61,479 bases of DNA, taken from positions 1 to 61,479 of IMG/VR virus record IMGVR_UViG_3300020175_000007; one strand, 5' to 3'. The notes beneath the pieces were generated by a model. The model saw only the letters and a list, made by a program, of their open reading frames with translations. It made no database searches and had not been told where the DNA came from. A program made the position numbers and the translations under genes. The number at the start of each line of letters is the position of its first letter. Within the stretch, counting starts at the first letter, position 1. Origin of the DNA: a virus (Duplodnaviria; Caudoviricetes). Positions 1 to 9,443 of the stretch are shown here, in pieces.

Positions 1-160
1 GTTCATTACCATCATTCCATTCATCAAAATCAAAAAAATTATCTTCATTAGTTCCATCTTCATCTTTCCATCGTTCATAATAAGTTTCAAAATCACCCTC
101 TATGTTTTCTTTTAATAGCCTACCTTCAGCTAAATATTTTCTTAAATCAAAGTTATCCAT
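1..160 (-). CDS. Hypothetical acidic protein with MDNFDLRKYLAEGRLLKENI N-terminal signal (runs off the window edge)
   Basis: Not in the ORF track; translated by hand from the ATG at 160: MDNFDLRKYLAEGRLLKENIEGDFETYYERWKDEDG... The first 20 aa are identical to those of 172..693. Confidence 0.85.
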   Translation of the reverse strand, partial: MDNFDLRKYLAEGRLLKENIEGDFETYYERWKDEDGTNEDNFFDFDEWNDGNE

Positions 161-171
161 ATTATTTTTAT

Positions 172-693
172 TTAATCAAATCTTGTTCTTATGTCAGTTG
201 CTTCACCAGCTACTACTTTACCATTTTGTAAAAGAACAACTCCATTAGCTGAATCACCATCAGCTTCTGAATCGTTAATAAGTTTATTTAGTTCTTCATA
301 ATACATATCTAGATTATCTTCTATGTGCTTGTGAAAAACACTTTCCCAATTATCTCCAGCTGCATCTAATTCATCTTTAAGTCCAAATTTTCTTTCAAAG
401 TGTTCGATGTCCCAATAACCGGCAATGGTATCTTTTATATATTCTTCTTTACTATCAAAATTAGTATAATCAGGACCTTCATCATTCCAATATATCATTT
501 GGTACATTCCTGGTTTAAGGTCAATTATATATTCATCACTAAATTGTTCTTCCTCAGGTGAAGCATCATGTTCAGCTCTATTTCCTATATAAAGTTCTTT
601 ATAATCATCACGGCTGAGTATTGTAGCCATATCTATATTTTCTTTTAATAAGCGACCTTCAGCTAAATATTTTCTTAAATCGAAATTATCCAT
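172..693 (-). CDS. Hypothetical acidic protein, putative internal head protein with capsid-targeting-like N-terminus
   Basis: 173-aa ORF, D/E-rich, with N-terminus MDNFDLRKYLAEGRLLKE shared with the neighbouring gene. Confidence 0.75.
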   Translation of the reverse strand: MDNFDLRKYLAEGRLLKENIDMATILSRDDYKELYIGNRAEHDASPEEEQFSDEYIIDLKPGMYQMIYWNDEGPDYTNFDSKEEYIKDTIAGYWDIEHFERKFGLKDELDAAGDNWESVFHKHIEDNLDMYYEELNKLINDSEADGDSANGVVLLQNGKVVAGEATDIRTRFD

Positions 694-694
694 T

Positions 695-2059
695 TTAGTT
701 TATTTTTATCTTTAAATCGGTTATACCTTTATGTATTCTATGAATATCTCCTTCGTTAATAAATATACGATCTCCTTTTGATAGTAACAAAGGAAGTTTA
801 TTATCTAATTGTAATTTCCAACCTTCTCCTTCTAATACTTCTATTAAACGATCTTCTTTATCTGAATGCCATACTAAACTAGTAGGATCTACATCTTTTG
901 AAAATATTCTTATATTACCTTTATTTTCATATGGGTGGGTTGATTCATTTAATTCATCATCTGCCATTACTAAATCTTGACCATAAGTATACCATCCTCT
1001 ACCATCTTCATCAGCAATAAAATATCTATTACCTGATATTTGTGTTATTGTAAATACCTCACCTGGTGTTTCTTCGTAATCAGGTGTAAGCTTTACTCTA
1101 TCACCCATTTCAAAATTTTCATTTAATTGGCTTCTTAAAAGTGGTTTCCAATTATTCATTATTTGAGCTACTCCTTTTATAAATTCAGGATTTCTTAAAT
1201 CACCTTTAAATTTACCAAATAATGCTCTTAACTCTTCTTTAAATTGAGCTACTGATCCTGTTGGTTCAAATTTTTCGGAATCTGGATCCTCTGGGTTTCT
1301 ATTAAAACCACTATAACGGGTAACTTCATTTAATTTGAATCCTCTAATTTCATCATCTGTAAGTTCTCTACCTAAAGCTTTTTCAAATGCTTTAATCATT
1401 CCTACTTCAGTACTAGCTCCTCTTTTAAGTTGTTTAATAACTCTAATTAGTTCTTTTTTTGAAAAATCATAATTAACCATAGCTTCGTCTATAGACATAT
1501 TATCAATTTCATCACGAACCCATTCTTTTTCGTTTGAACCTAATTGATCATAATCCATTCCAAATTCCATATTTGCAACATCATCATATATGTCCATTTG
1601 TTCATTTACTGAAACAAACTGTTTACCTTTTTTACTACCTCTTACTTTTTTAGCTACAGTAGCTTTACGCTCTGCTTTAGTCATTGATTGAGCTTTTTTC
1701 TTAGGTAAACATCTTGTAGTAGCTTTATCTTTTTTCATTGTACCACAATCACCAGATATATTACCTGATGTATTAATTCTTACCCAATTTTCTTTTTTAA
1801 ACCAATCGCGTAAAGATTCAGCCATCTTGTCTACATTTAATTCTTTATATCCTGAACCATATGGAGCTGATTTTCCATCATGATTAGGGGCTGTATTTTC
1901 ATTTGCTTTTTTCTTACCACTCATTTGACCTTTACATACTTTTACAGCACGACCAGATAAATAAGCAGATGATTTTTCACCAGCAGCCATTCTACGTTTA
2001 CGGTAAGCTTCACCTTTTTTACAAAGTTTTTCTTTAACTAATTTTTTAATTTTATCCAT
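695..2059 (-). CDS. Mosaic multi-module protein: basic Cys-containing modules (DUF5872-like), short acidic modules, SH3-like module, C-terminal cupin-like domain
   Basis: Likely start is the ATG at 2059, overlapping the upstream stop (TAATG). Contains LRDWFKKENWVRI..CG..RCLPKKKA and a C-terminal LVWHSDKEDR..EGEGW..IHRIHKG cupin-like pattern. Modules end in ANE/VNE/IDE/LNE. Confidence 0.7.
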   Translation of the reverse strand: MDKIKKLVKEKLCKKGEAYRKRRMAAGEKSSAYLSGRAVKVCKGQMSGKKKANENTAPNHDGKSAPYGSGYKELNVDKMAESLRDWFKKENWVRINTSGNISGDCGTMKKDKATTRCLPKKKAQSMTKAERKATVAKKVRGSKKGKQFVSVNEQMDIYDDVANMEFGMDYDQLGSNEKEWVRDEIDNMSIDEAMVNYDFSKKELIRVIKQLKRGASTEVGMIKAFEKALGRELTDDEIRGFKLNEVTRYSGFNRNPEDPDSEKFEPTGSVAQFKEELRALFGKFKGDLRNPEFIKGVAQIMNNWKPLLRSQLNENFEMGDRVKLTPDYEETPGEVFTITQISGNRYFIADEDGRGWYTYGQDLVMADDELNESTHPYENKGNIRIFSKDVDPTSLVWHSDKEDRLIEVLEGEGWKLQLDNKLPLLLSKGDRIFINEGDIHRIHKGITDLKIKIN

Positions 2060-3828
2060 TACCAAAATGTATTCATGTTAGCACCTAAACCTAATTGCGA
2101 AGCGTATCTAGGCAAATTACAAGACCAATATCCTGCGGTTGTTCTATCTTTTTTATTTTTACAATTATGTCTTTTGGCAAATGCATTACGGGCTTGTTTA
2201 TTTTTAATTTTAGCTCTTAAACCACCTGATCCGAATGATACTTTTTTAATTTTTTTAGTTTTAGGATCTCTTACATAAACATAATATGCTTTAGATCCTC
2301 CTCTTTTAGGTTTACCTAATGGTGGATCTTTCTTTTTATTTTTATTTTCGTATAATTGTTTTACTATTGTACCTGCTCCTTTTATTTTTTTAGGTACTAA
2401 TTTATACCCAAATTCAGATACATAAGCACTATTTTTAACTCCATCTTTACTTGCTTTAGGTCCTGGTCCTAATGTAGCGCCAGGTCCTTCTTGTATTGGT
2501 GTTAATATATAATCACCATCTTTATGTTTTTTTACTTTAACTACTTTTTTAAGTAATTGAACTAATTCTTTTTTATTATATCCAAACTTTTTAACAGCTT
2601 TAATTAAAGGTTTTAAACCTGCTGCCCCACCTTCATCTTTTAAAGTTTGTCTAATTGCATTTTCAGCTTCTTTTCTTTTAGTTATATCTTCTTTTAATTC
2701 AGGAGAAGCAAATCTATCTAATTGTGTTTGATCTATGTCAATATCAAAAGGTGTTTTTTTAGATAAAATAGATGATAAGTAATCTATACTTACATCTAAA
2801 TCTTCTATATCACTTTCTCTATCTTCACCATCTCCTTCTATACTAATAAGTGTATCTAATATTTTTTGTAATATTCTATTTGATTCTTCATCTTCTTTTA
2901 ATATAGCTAAATCTTCTCTAATAGCTGATTCATTCATATCATACTGGTTAATTTGTTTTTTAACTCTGTATAATTTGTCTTCTAATTTATTTAGCATACT
3001 ACCATATCTATCAGCTATTTCTCCTCCTTCTGGCTCAGCTTCTTGCTCCATGTCTCTATATAGTTGAGCAATTCTATCTTCTAAATCTTTTTGTTCATCT
3101 CTTAAATACATAACATCTTCAAAATCCAATCCACCTCTAGATGGTTCTGGTTGTTTATCTCTTGCTGCTCTAGCTTTCATTACAACAGGATCATTCATGT
3201 TAATTTCATTAATTCCTGCATCTACAAAATCATCTGATACTGCGAATAATTGAATTTTACCATTTTCCATGTCTGTGATTTCAATGTCTTCTATATCATA
3301 TCTTGATTTTAAATTATCAGCTATTTTATTCATTTTCTGCATTGCAGCTGCAGCACCTAATCTTCTAATTTGACCTGACATTGTTTCTTTACCTAATGCT
3401 ATTACTGCTCCTTCTGGTGTAGGATAATCAATAAATACTTTTAAAAAGTTAGGATTATTTTTATCTTTAATATATCTAGGTTCGGATATTTTATCTTCTA
3501 TATCTATTTGTTCTGATAACATAGGTAAATCTAATGGTACTGATTCGCCTTCATATATTCCAAATTCACCTAAATGTGTTTTAACTAATGCTTTATCTTC
3601 TTCACATAAGTTAATTACATTACGTGAATATAATTTTCTTGCTTCTTTAATTAAGGATAAATGAGCATCTGAGCCAATACGATAAACTGATTCAAATAAA
3701 GGAATTTCTTTATCTATATGATATTGTAAACCTTCAGATAATGAAGATTTTATTTTAGTTTTGCTTTCAGTTAAAAGTGGTCCTTTTATTTCTGTTTCGC
3801 AAGTATTACATCCACATTTTTGACACAT
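2059..3828 (-). CDS. Mosaic multi-module protein with N-terminal Cys cluster and basic C-terminal domain (YYVYV..VSFG..RHNC..YWSC)
   Basis: 589-aa ORF. The C-terminal K/R-rich domain resembles small basic proteins of T4-like and other large phages (recalled family resemblance). Internal LTE/LSE/INE/LKE/IQE/LYE boundaries. Confidence 0.7.
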   Translation of the reverse strand: MCQKCGCNTCETEIKGPLLTESKTKIKSSLSEGLQYHIDKEIPLFESVYRIGSDAHLSLIKEARKLYSRNVINLCEEDKALVKTHLGEFGIYEGESVPLDLPMLSEQIDIEDKISEPRYIKDKNNPNFLKVFIDYPTPEGAVIALGKETMSGQIRRLGAAAAMQKMNKIADNLKSRYDIEDIEITDMENGKIQLFAVSDDFVDAGINEINMNDPVVMKARAARDKQPEPSRGGLDFEDVMYLRDEQKDLEDRIAQLYRDMEQEAEPEGGEIADRYGSMLNKLEDKLYRVKKQINQYDMNESAIREDLAILKEDEESNRILQKILDTLISIEGDGEDRESDIEDLDVSIDYLSSILSKKTPFDIDIDQTQLDRFASPELKEDITKRKEAENAIRQTLKDEGGAAGLKPLIKAVKKFGYNKKELVQLLKKVVKVKKHKDGDYILTPIQEGPGATLGPGPKASKDGVKNSAYVSEFGYKLVPKKIKGAGTIVKQLYENKNKKKDPPLGKPKRGGSKAYYVYVRDPKTKKIKKVSFGSGGLRAKIKNKQARNAFAKRHNCKNKKDRTTAGYWSCNLPRYASQLGLGANMNTFW

Positions 3829-3850
3829 AGTATTCTATTTATTATACATA

Positions 3851-5341
3851 TTAATTTCCTATTTTAATATACGCTGAGCTCCATTCGTTTGAACTATAAG
3901 CATATCTTAATATATCTTGAACTAATTTATCTTTATCTTCTATATCATTAAATATATCAACTATTTGTAAACCAAAATTTCTTGAAATTAACCAATCTTT
4001 AGCTCCTATTGGACCTTTAGGTTTACCTTTCATTGCACCTGATTTTACTGTTTCTTTTGATTTATCATCTAACATTTGGTCTAACTCTCCAACCCCATTT
4101 ATTTTTTCTTTAGCATATTTGTTATATAACTCAATAAAATCTTCTTTATTAACATTTGCAGGATCTATAGGGTCTATATTATTTCCTTTTAAAATTGTAT
4201 TAATTGGACCTAAACCAGCTTTTCCTCCTCCTGCTTTAGTACCTTGTATTTCAGCTGCAAATCCTGGGGATCCAAATGTTCTAAGTTCAATTTTTGGTCC
4301 TGTGGTAAAGATATAAGTTGATTTTGTTGAAAGAGTAGCATCAGAATGACCTTCATAAGTATCTAAAGCAGCTTCCTTTCCTATTTGGTATTCTTTAGTT
4401 GGTGGATTTAAATCAGTTTTCTTTAATGATACTCCTATTAAAATTTTATCTACATATAATTGAAGTATTAAAGCATTTAAATCATATAATGATTTAGTTT
4501 GTGTTAAAATATCAACACTAGCTAAAGATGTCATCCAAATATCAGATGGGTTCCATTTATCCATACCAACTTTAGTTCCGGGAGATAATATATCTTTTTT
4601 TAACATTTCAGCTGCATGTTTATATAATTCTTTAACAAAACTAGATTGACGATGTTGAGTATAGCCTTTGTTTGAAAATTTACTTACTAAAGTATTAGCA
4701 GTACCCACAAAACTTTCTTTCCAAGATGGTTGATTTGCAATAAAATCTAACATTTTATCATCACTAACATCTACATCAATTTCATTAATAACTGATTTTA
4801 AATTTTCTTCTGTTAGATCTTCAACTGTTAATTTGCCTTTTTTATAAGCTAAAGCATTTACTAAAGATTGTGCAGATTCTTGAATTGCTGTATTTACTGC
4901 TCCTCCTCTAATTCCTCCACCTCCACCAAATTCTTTTGTTTTTGCTATAGAAGCAAAACTTAATCCATTAATATTACCACCATATAGTTTAGCTATCCCT
5001 TCAGCATCAAGTATGGCATTTTCTATATCTTTTGGATTATCTTTTGGTGTAAACTCTTTTCCTTTTATTACAATCTTATCTAAAACTACATCTTCTTCTG
5101 TTTTAGCATTTGTAAATGAATCTTTTGTAGTAAATTTTTTAGCAAATAATTCTACCCTATAAGGATATTTCATCATGGCATTTTTACCTAATGCACCTAC
5201 TTCTTTTAATTTAAATTTTTTTCCTAATACATCACTAATTAATGACTCTAGTAATAATGTATCTTTAGGATCATTTAAATCAGGGTATCCTTTTGGAAAT
5301 TTATATGAATATTTTTTAAAAAATTTATCGAATCCATCCAT
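3851..5341 (-). CDS. Putative PD-(D/E)xK restriction-endonuclease-fold protein
   Basis: Motifs TAIQE, DKWNPSDIW and IGVSLKK fit a divergent E..D..(S)xK nuclease active site. An N-terminal leader ends in FKLKE. Confidence 0.5.
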   Translation of the reverse strand: MDGFDKFFKKYSYKFPKGYPDLNDPKDTLLLESLISDVLGKKFKLKEVGALGKNAMMKYPYRVELFAKKFTTKDSFTNAKTEEDVVLDKIVIKGKEFTPKDNPKDIENAILDAEGIAKLYGGNINGLSFASIAKTKEFGGGGGIRGGAVNTAIQESAQSLVNALAYKKGKLTVEDLTEENLKSVINEIDVDVSDDKMLDFIANQPSWKESFVGTANTLVSKFSNKGYTQHRQSSFVKELYKHAAEMLKKDILSPGTKVGMDKWNPSDIWMTSLASVDILTQTKSLYDLNALILQLYVDKILIGVSLKKTDLNPPTKEYQIGKEAALDTYEGHSDATLSTKSTYIFTTGPKIELRTFGSPGFAAEIQGTKAGGGKAGLGPINTILKGNNIDPIDPANVNKEDFIELYNKYAKEKINGVGELDQMLDDKSKETVKSGAMKGKPKGPIGAKDWLISRNFGLQIVDIFNDIEDKDKLVQDILRYAYSSNEWSSAYIKIGN

Positions 5342-5796
5342 TATGCTTCTACGTCTACATCAACATCTACTTCGTCTTCGACTTCAGGTGTTGATTCGTT
5401 TTCACTTTCTTCTCCCTTAACATCTGCTCCACTATTTGTTCCATATTGAAGAATACGACCTATTGCTAATGCACAATTTTCTTCTTCATCTAAATTTAAT
5501 AGATAATATTTTTTACCTTCTACAGTAGCAATCCAACTTTTTTCAGTATACATTAAAAGGAAAGATTCCCCATTAAGTAATAAAATTCTAAATACTGTTG
5601 GTCTTGGAGAAACCCACTCTATATCTTCTAAAAAAGAATCAAATTCATGAGTTAATAAATCTACTATAACATCTTTAAGTAATGGAAACTTTGTTAACTC
5701 ATCATAAGCTACAGCAGCATCATTAGATACTGATTTTTCACTATATACTTTTTTTACAAGTACCTTTATTTTATCTCTTAGTTCTGTTGATGTCAT
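5341..5796 (-). CDS. Hypothetical phage protein with acidic tail
   Basis: 151-aa ORF, translationally coupled (TAATG) at both ends. Confidence 0.75.
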   Translation of the reverse strand: MTSTELRDKIKVLVKKVYSEKSVSNDAAVAYDELTKFPLLKDVIVDLLTHEFDSFLEDIEWVSPRPTVFRILLLNGESFLLMYTEKSWIATVEGKKYYLLNLDEEENCALAIGRILQYGTNSGADVKGEESENESTPEVEDEVDVDVDVEA

Positions 5797-6986
5797 TAGT
5801 CATTTTGTTTAGATAGAAATGAAGCTAAAGCCATTTGTTTAATTTTTTTTAAGGATTTACCTTTAAATTGTTTAGCATCTGATTTTTTAAAATCATCTAC
5901 ATGGTCTTCTACTGATGATTTTTTAGTAAGTTTTTCTCTAACTGCGGATTTTAATAAAGCTGATATTCCTGCTTGTGGTCTTTTTTTCAAACCTTTATCA
6001 TCGTTATCCATTTCTTTATTACCTTTTCTATCATACCCACCAACTTCATCTAAATAATTAACATCTTCTTTTTGTTTTAAAACAGTCATAATAGCAAATA
6101 TAGCATCTTGCTCTGAGTAGTCATATCTTTTAGCCATTGCTTTAATAAAAGCATTTACTTTTTGAGATACTTCTGGGTTAATTGCTTCATCTACTTTGCC
6201 TTTAGATAAATCTTTTGTTTTATCTTGTAGTATATTTGATTTAATTAAAAAATCAAGAACTTTAACATATGCATCTTGTTTTTTGCTATCTAATGTTCCT
6301 TGTTCTATTTGATTTCTAAGTGATTCTAGAGTATCTAAATCTTTTTGACCTAAACCATGACCTTCTTTTAAATCTTCTTTATCTTCTGATTTTACTAGAT
6401 CTCTTAAACTATTTAAGGCAACTCTCATTTTTGGGTTTTTTGAAAAATCCATAGTTTCTTTTTCTATCATTTGGTCATAAAAAGCAAGTATAGATTCAGC
6501 TGCTGTTTTAGCATCTTTAACTACACTATTATACTTAACCATTGTTGAAGCAGGTATTTCTACATTTTCTTCTGTTGGTGTTGGAACACCTGGTAGGAAA
6601 GTTGCTCTTCCAGATGGAGGAGTACTAGCTGCAGATTGTTCAATTTCGTCTTCTCCCCCTAAATATTTGTCTTCAGCACCATAATCAGCTCTACCTGAAA
6701 ATCCTGTGTCAACATCTATTTCTTGGCCACTTTCTGGTTCACCTAATGGGGTGGTATTAACAAATCCCTCTTTTTTAAGAAGGGATTGTTTAACTAATTC
6801 TCTGATTTTTTCTTTATTCATGCTTTCTACTTTATTTTTAGCTTGTTTAGTTGCTATACCATACATTACTTTTTCCGCATCCTTACCGTACTTTTTAACT
6901 AGTTTTCGTTTATTGGACATTAAACCTTTGATTGCTTCTTCTCGCTTTCCTAGTTCTCTTTCCGTAAGTTTACGTTCATTAAGCAT
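5796..6986 (-). CDS. Mosaic charged protein, putative internal head/scaffold-like protein
   Basis: Starts MLNE. Contains YGKDAEKVMYGIATKQAK and C-terminal DDFKKSDAKQFKGKS..MALA modules, with LKE/VDE/LDE/VRE boundaries. Confidence 0.7.
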   Translation of the reverse strand: MLNERKLTERELGKREEAIKGLMSNKRKLVKKYGKDAEKVMYGIATKQAKNKVESMNKEKIRELVKQSLLKKEGFVNTTPLGEPESGQEIDVDTGFSGRADYGAEDKYLGGEDEIEQSAASTPPSGRATFLPGVPTPTEENVEIPASTMVKYNSVVKDAKTAAESILAFYDQMIEKETMDFSKNPKMRVALNSLRDLVKSEDKEDLKEGHGLGQKDLDTLESLRNQIEQGTLDSKKQDAYVKVLDFLIKSNILQDKTKDLSKGKVDEAINPEVSQKVNAFIKAMAKRYDYSEQDAIFAIMTVLKQKEDVNYLDEVGGYDRKGNKEMDNDDKGLKKRPQAGISALLKSAVREKLTKKSSVEDHVDDFKKSDAKQFKGKSLKKIKQMALASFLSKQND

Positions 6987-6989
6987 GTA

Positions 6990-7748
6990 CTAATCTGTTC
7001 TATTGCCAACTACATATTCTCTAGTGAAAAATGTAATTGTATTTCCTATCTGATCTGCTAATTTGTCATTACCTAATTGACTTGCAGCATCCATAGCAGC
7101 TTTTAAAGAATCTTGTACTACTTCTTCTTCTGGTGATAAACCAACATCTATTGTTGCTTTAACTCCTGGTCTTTTAATTTCGATGTCATCAGCTTCAGCA
7201 TCTACTTCTACTTTATCTTCAACATCAATATCAACATCAACATCTTCTTCAGCTTCTGATAGTGTAGAAAGGATATTTTCTCTAATTTTAGCTTTAAGTT
7301 CAGATACTTTCATTTTTTTAAGTGCATTTTCAACGTCATCTTTAGCGTCATCAAATCCATCTTTATATCCTTCTTGTTCAGCATCAGTACGAGCATCTTC
7401 TGACATAGATTTTACGTCATCTTCTTCATATTTTTTACCATACATTTCATCAACAGTATCTTCTTCCATGTTTAAATCAACATTTTCTTTATTGATTTTA
7501 TTTTTACCAGGTCCTTTTGCTTTACCTTTTGCTTCAGCATCACGCTTACCAAATTTTCCATAAGAATCCTCTCTACGATCTTTCATAGATTGTTTTTTGT
7601 CTTTTTCAGCACCTTTACGCATGCCTAAAGATTCGTCTTCTCTATCGTCGTATCCTTGTTTTTTAGCTTCAGATATGATGTTAACCTTTTCAGCTTCATC
7701 ATTAATTCTGTTACTTTTTAAGTATTTTTTGTAATCAAAGTTGTCCAT
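6990..7748 (-). CDS. Highly charged protein, putative scaffold/internal head protein
   Basis: MDNFDYKKYL N-terminus, a variant of the 172..693 signal. K-rich then D/E-rich. Preceded by the late motif. Confidence 0.7.
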   Translation of the reverse strand: MDNFDYKKYLKSNRINDEAEKVNIISEAKKQGYDDREDESLGMRKGAEKDKKQSMKDRREDSYGKFGKRDAEAKGKAKGPGKNKINKENVDLNMEEDTVDEMYGKKYEEDDVKSMSEDARTDAEQEGYKDGFDDAKDDVENALKKMKVSELKAKIRENILSTLSEAEEDVDVDIDVEDKVEVDAEADDIEIKRPGVKATIDVGLSPEEEVVQDSLKAAMDAASQLGNDKLADQIGNTITFFTREYVVGNRTD

Positions 7749-7772
7749 TATGTATATTTTTATTTATAAATA

Positions 7773-8460
7773 TTAATTTTTTCTGTTAGAATTGCCCCCT
7801 CTAGAAGTACTCTTGACTCTAATGGTATTGCTTGAGGGCCTTACTGAAGAATTATTATAATTCACTGATGGTCTATTATAATTATTACTAGGTCTAGAAT
7901 TATTATTTCTAATAATAGGTTTATTATTATTAGGTTTTACTATAATATTATTACTATTATTGTTACTATTCCATGTAGGTTTATTTGTATTAACTACTGG
8001 TTTAGTTATAATTACCGGTTTTGTATTAACTCTTGGTTTAGTTGATGCTATCATTGAAGCTTGTCCTATTTTATCTTTTATAGACATTCTATTAGACTCT
8101 ATTAGAGGGCATCCAAGGTCTCATATACCAGTCCCAATGATTCCATGGTCTGTTAAAATATGAATAATAAGGATTATAATATGAATAATGATTACCATAA
8201 TAAAAATCAAAATCCATCCATAATGGTCTTGACCCCCAATATCCATAATTATGACCCCAATAAAATCTTGGTCTTAAAGGTCTAAAATCTAATGTAATTG
8301 TATTAAAATCTAAACTTGTAAATACATTTACTGAATCACCTTTAATTTCATCTAAATAAACTACATCAGTTTCACAACATTTGTCTACAGGTGCTAATTG
8401 GTAAGTACCACAACTATATAATAATATTATTACTAAAAAATATTTTATAAATTTTACCAT
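7773..8460 (-). pseudogene. Bacteroidota-style lipoprotein gene split into two ORFs (8092..8460 and 7773..8087) by a 10-bp insertion/duplication
   Basis: Lipobox LLYSC and a Tyr/Trp-rich body, followed by an N/S/R/P-rich tail in another frame. tctattaga is repeated at 8088-8096 and 8098-8106. Deleting 10 nt joins ...MPSNR to MSIKDK in frame. Confidence 0.6.
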
Positions 8461-8469
8461 CTTGTTTTT

Positions 8470-8997
8470 TTACTTTGCTTTTACAGTTAATGTTACAGTG
8501 TTATTAATACCACCTTTTTTAGGTGATGGATCTTGTGCCCATTCACACACATATAACCAATTATCAAATTGGCTTGATGGATGACTTGCTGTAGGATTAC
8601 CATGATTACATTCATTATCACATACTACATGAGCCATTCCTGACCAGTATTGATAATTCATTTGGAATATTCCAGTTGTAGGATTTGGTTGATCGATGTC
8701 TGCTGGAGGGTACATTTTAATTGTAATTGTATTAGCGTCTACCATATTGGATTCTAATTTAACTTTTGCTCCATTAGGAATTGGTGTGTCACAAGCTCCA
8801 GTCATACACCAAGTTTGTGCACCAACTAGATCATGGCCTGTGTTATTAATAACAGTTAAAGACATATCAGCAGGTGCTACTTTTACAGCTGGAGGATCAG
8901 TTATTGTTCCTGCTAAAGCTGGGTCTACATTTTTATTGTTACCACATCCTATAAATAAGAATGTTGAAATTAATAGTAGTAATATTTTGTTTTTCAT
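8470..8997 (-). CDS. Putative lipoprotein
   Basis: Signal peptide MKNKILLLLISTFLFIG-C (lipobox), followed by a Cys-containing beta-rich body. Confidence 0.7.
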   Translation of the reverse strand: MKNKILLLLISTFLFIGCGNNKNVDPALAGTITDPPAVKVAPADMSLTVINNTGHDLVGAQTWCMTGACDTPIPNGAKVKLESNMVDANTITIKMYPPADIDQPNPTTGIFQMNYQYWSGMAHVVCDNECNHGNPTASHPSSQFDNWLYVCEWAQDPSPKKGGINNTVTLTVKAK

Positions 8998-9025
8998 TTT
9001 TAAGTTTATTTATTGATTAATTTAT

Positions 9026-9412
9026 TTATTGATCTATATCCATTGAATCATTATGATTTAATTCAATTCCTATATTATCAAATACAGGTACTAAATCTGC
9101 ATAGTAGGAAGAATCATAACCTTTTCCCCCAAAAGTAGAATCTACTTGAATTCCCAATTTATTAGCTACATAACGGATATCGTCATCATCAAATCTTCTT
9201 TCTCCCCTATAATCTTTTTCATCTTTAATAGTTAATTCATCACCACTTTCATCATATACTTGAATTTTATATAATCTACCAAAATCAGTATAAGTAAAAT
9301 CTATTTTAGAGATTAAAGGAATAATACCATCTATTTGAGATTGTATTTCATCACGAACCTCTTCCATCAGTTGGTTATATTTCCAAGAGTGTAAATTAAA
9401 ATTGTCTTTCAT
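9026..9412 (-). CDS. Hypothetical acidic protein with MKDNFNL N-terminal signal
   Basis: 128-aa ORF. The N-terminus resembles the MDNFDL family. Late motif 12 nt upstream. Confidence 0.7.
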   Translation of the reverse strand: MKDNFNLHSWKYNQLMEEVRDEIQSQIDGIIPLISKIDFTYTDFGRLYKIQVYDESGDELTIKDEKDYRGERRFDDDDIRYVANKLGIQVDSTFGGKGYDSSYYADLVPVFDNIGIELNHNDSMDIDQ

Positions 9413-9443
9413 TGTCTTACTTTATTATAAATATATGATTTTC

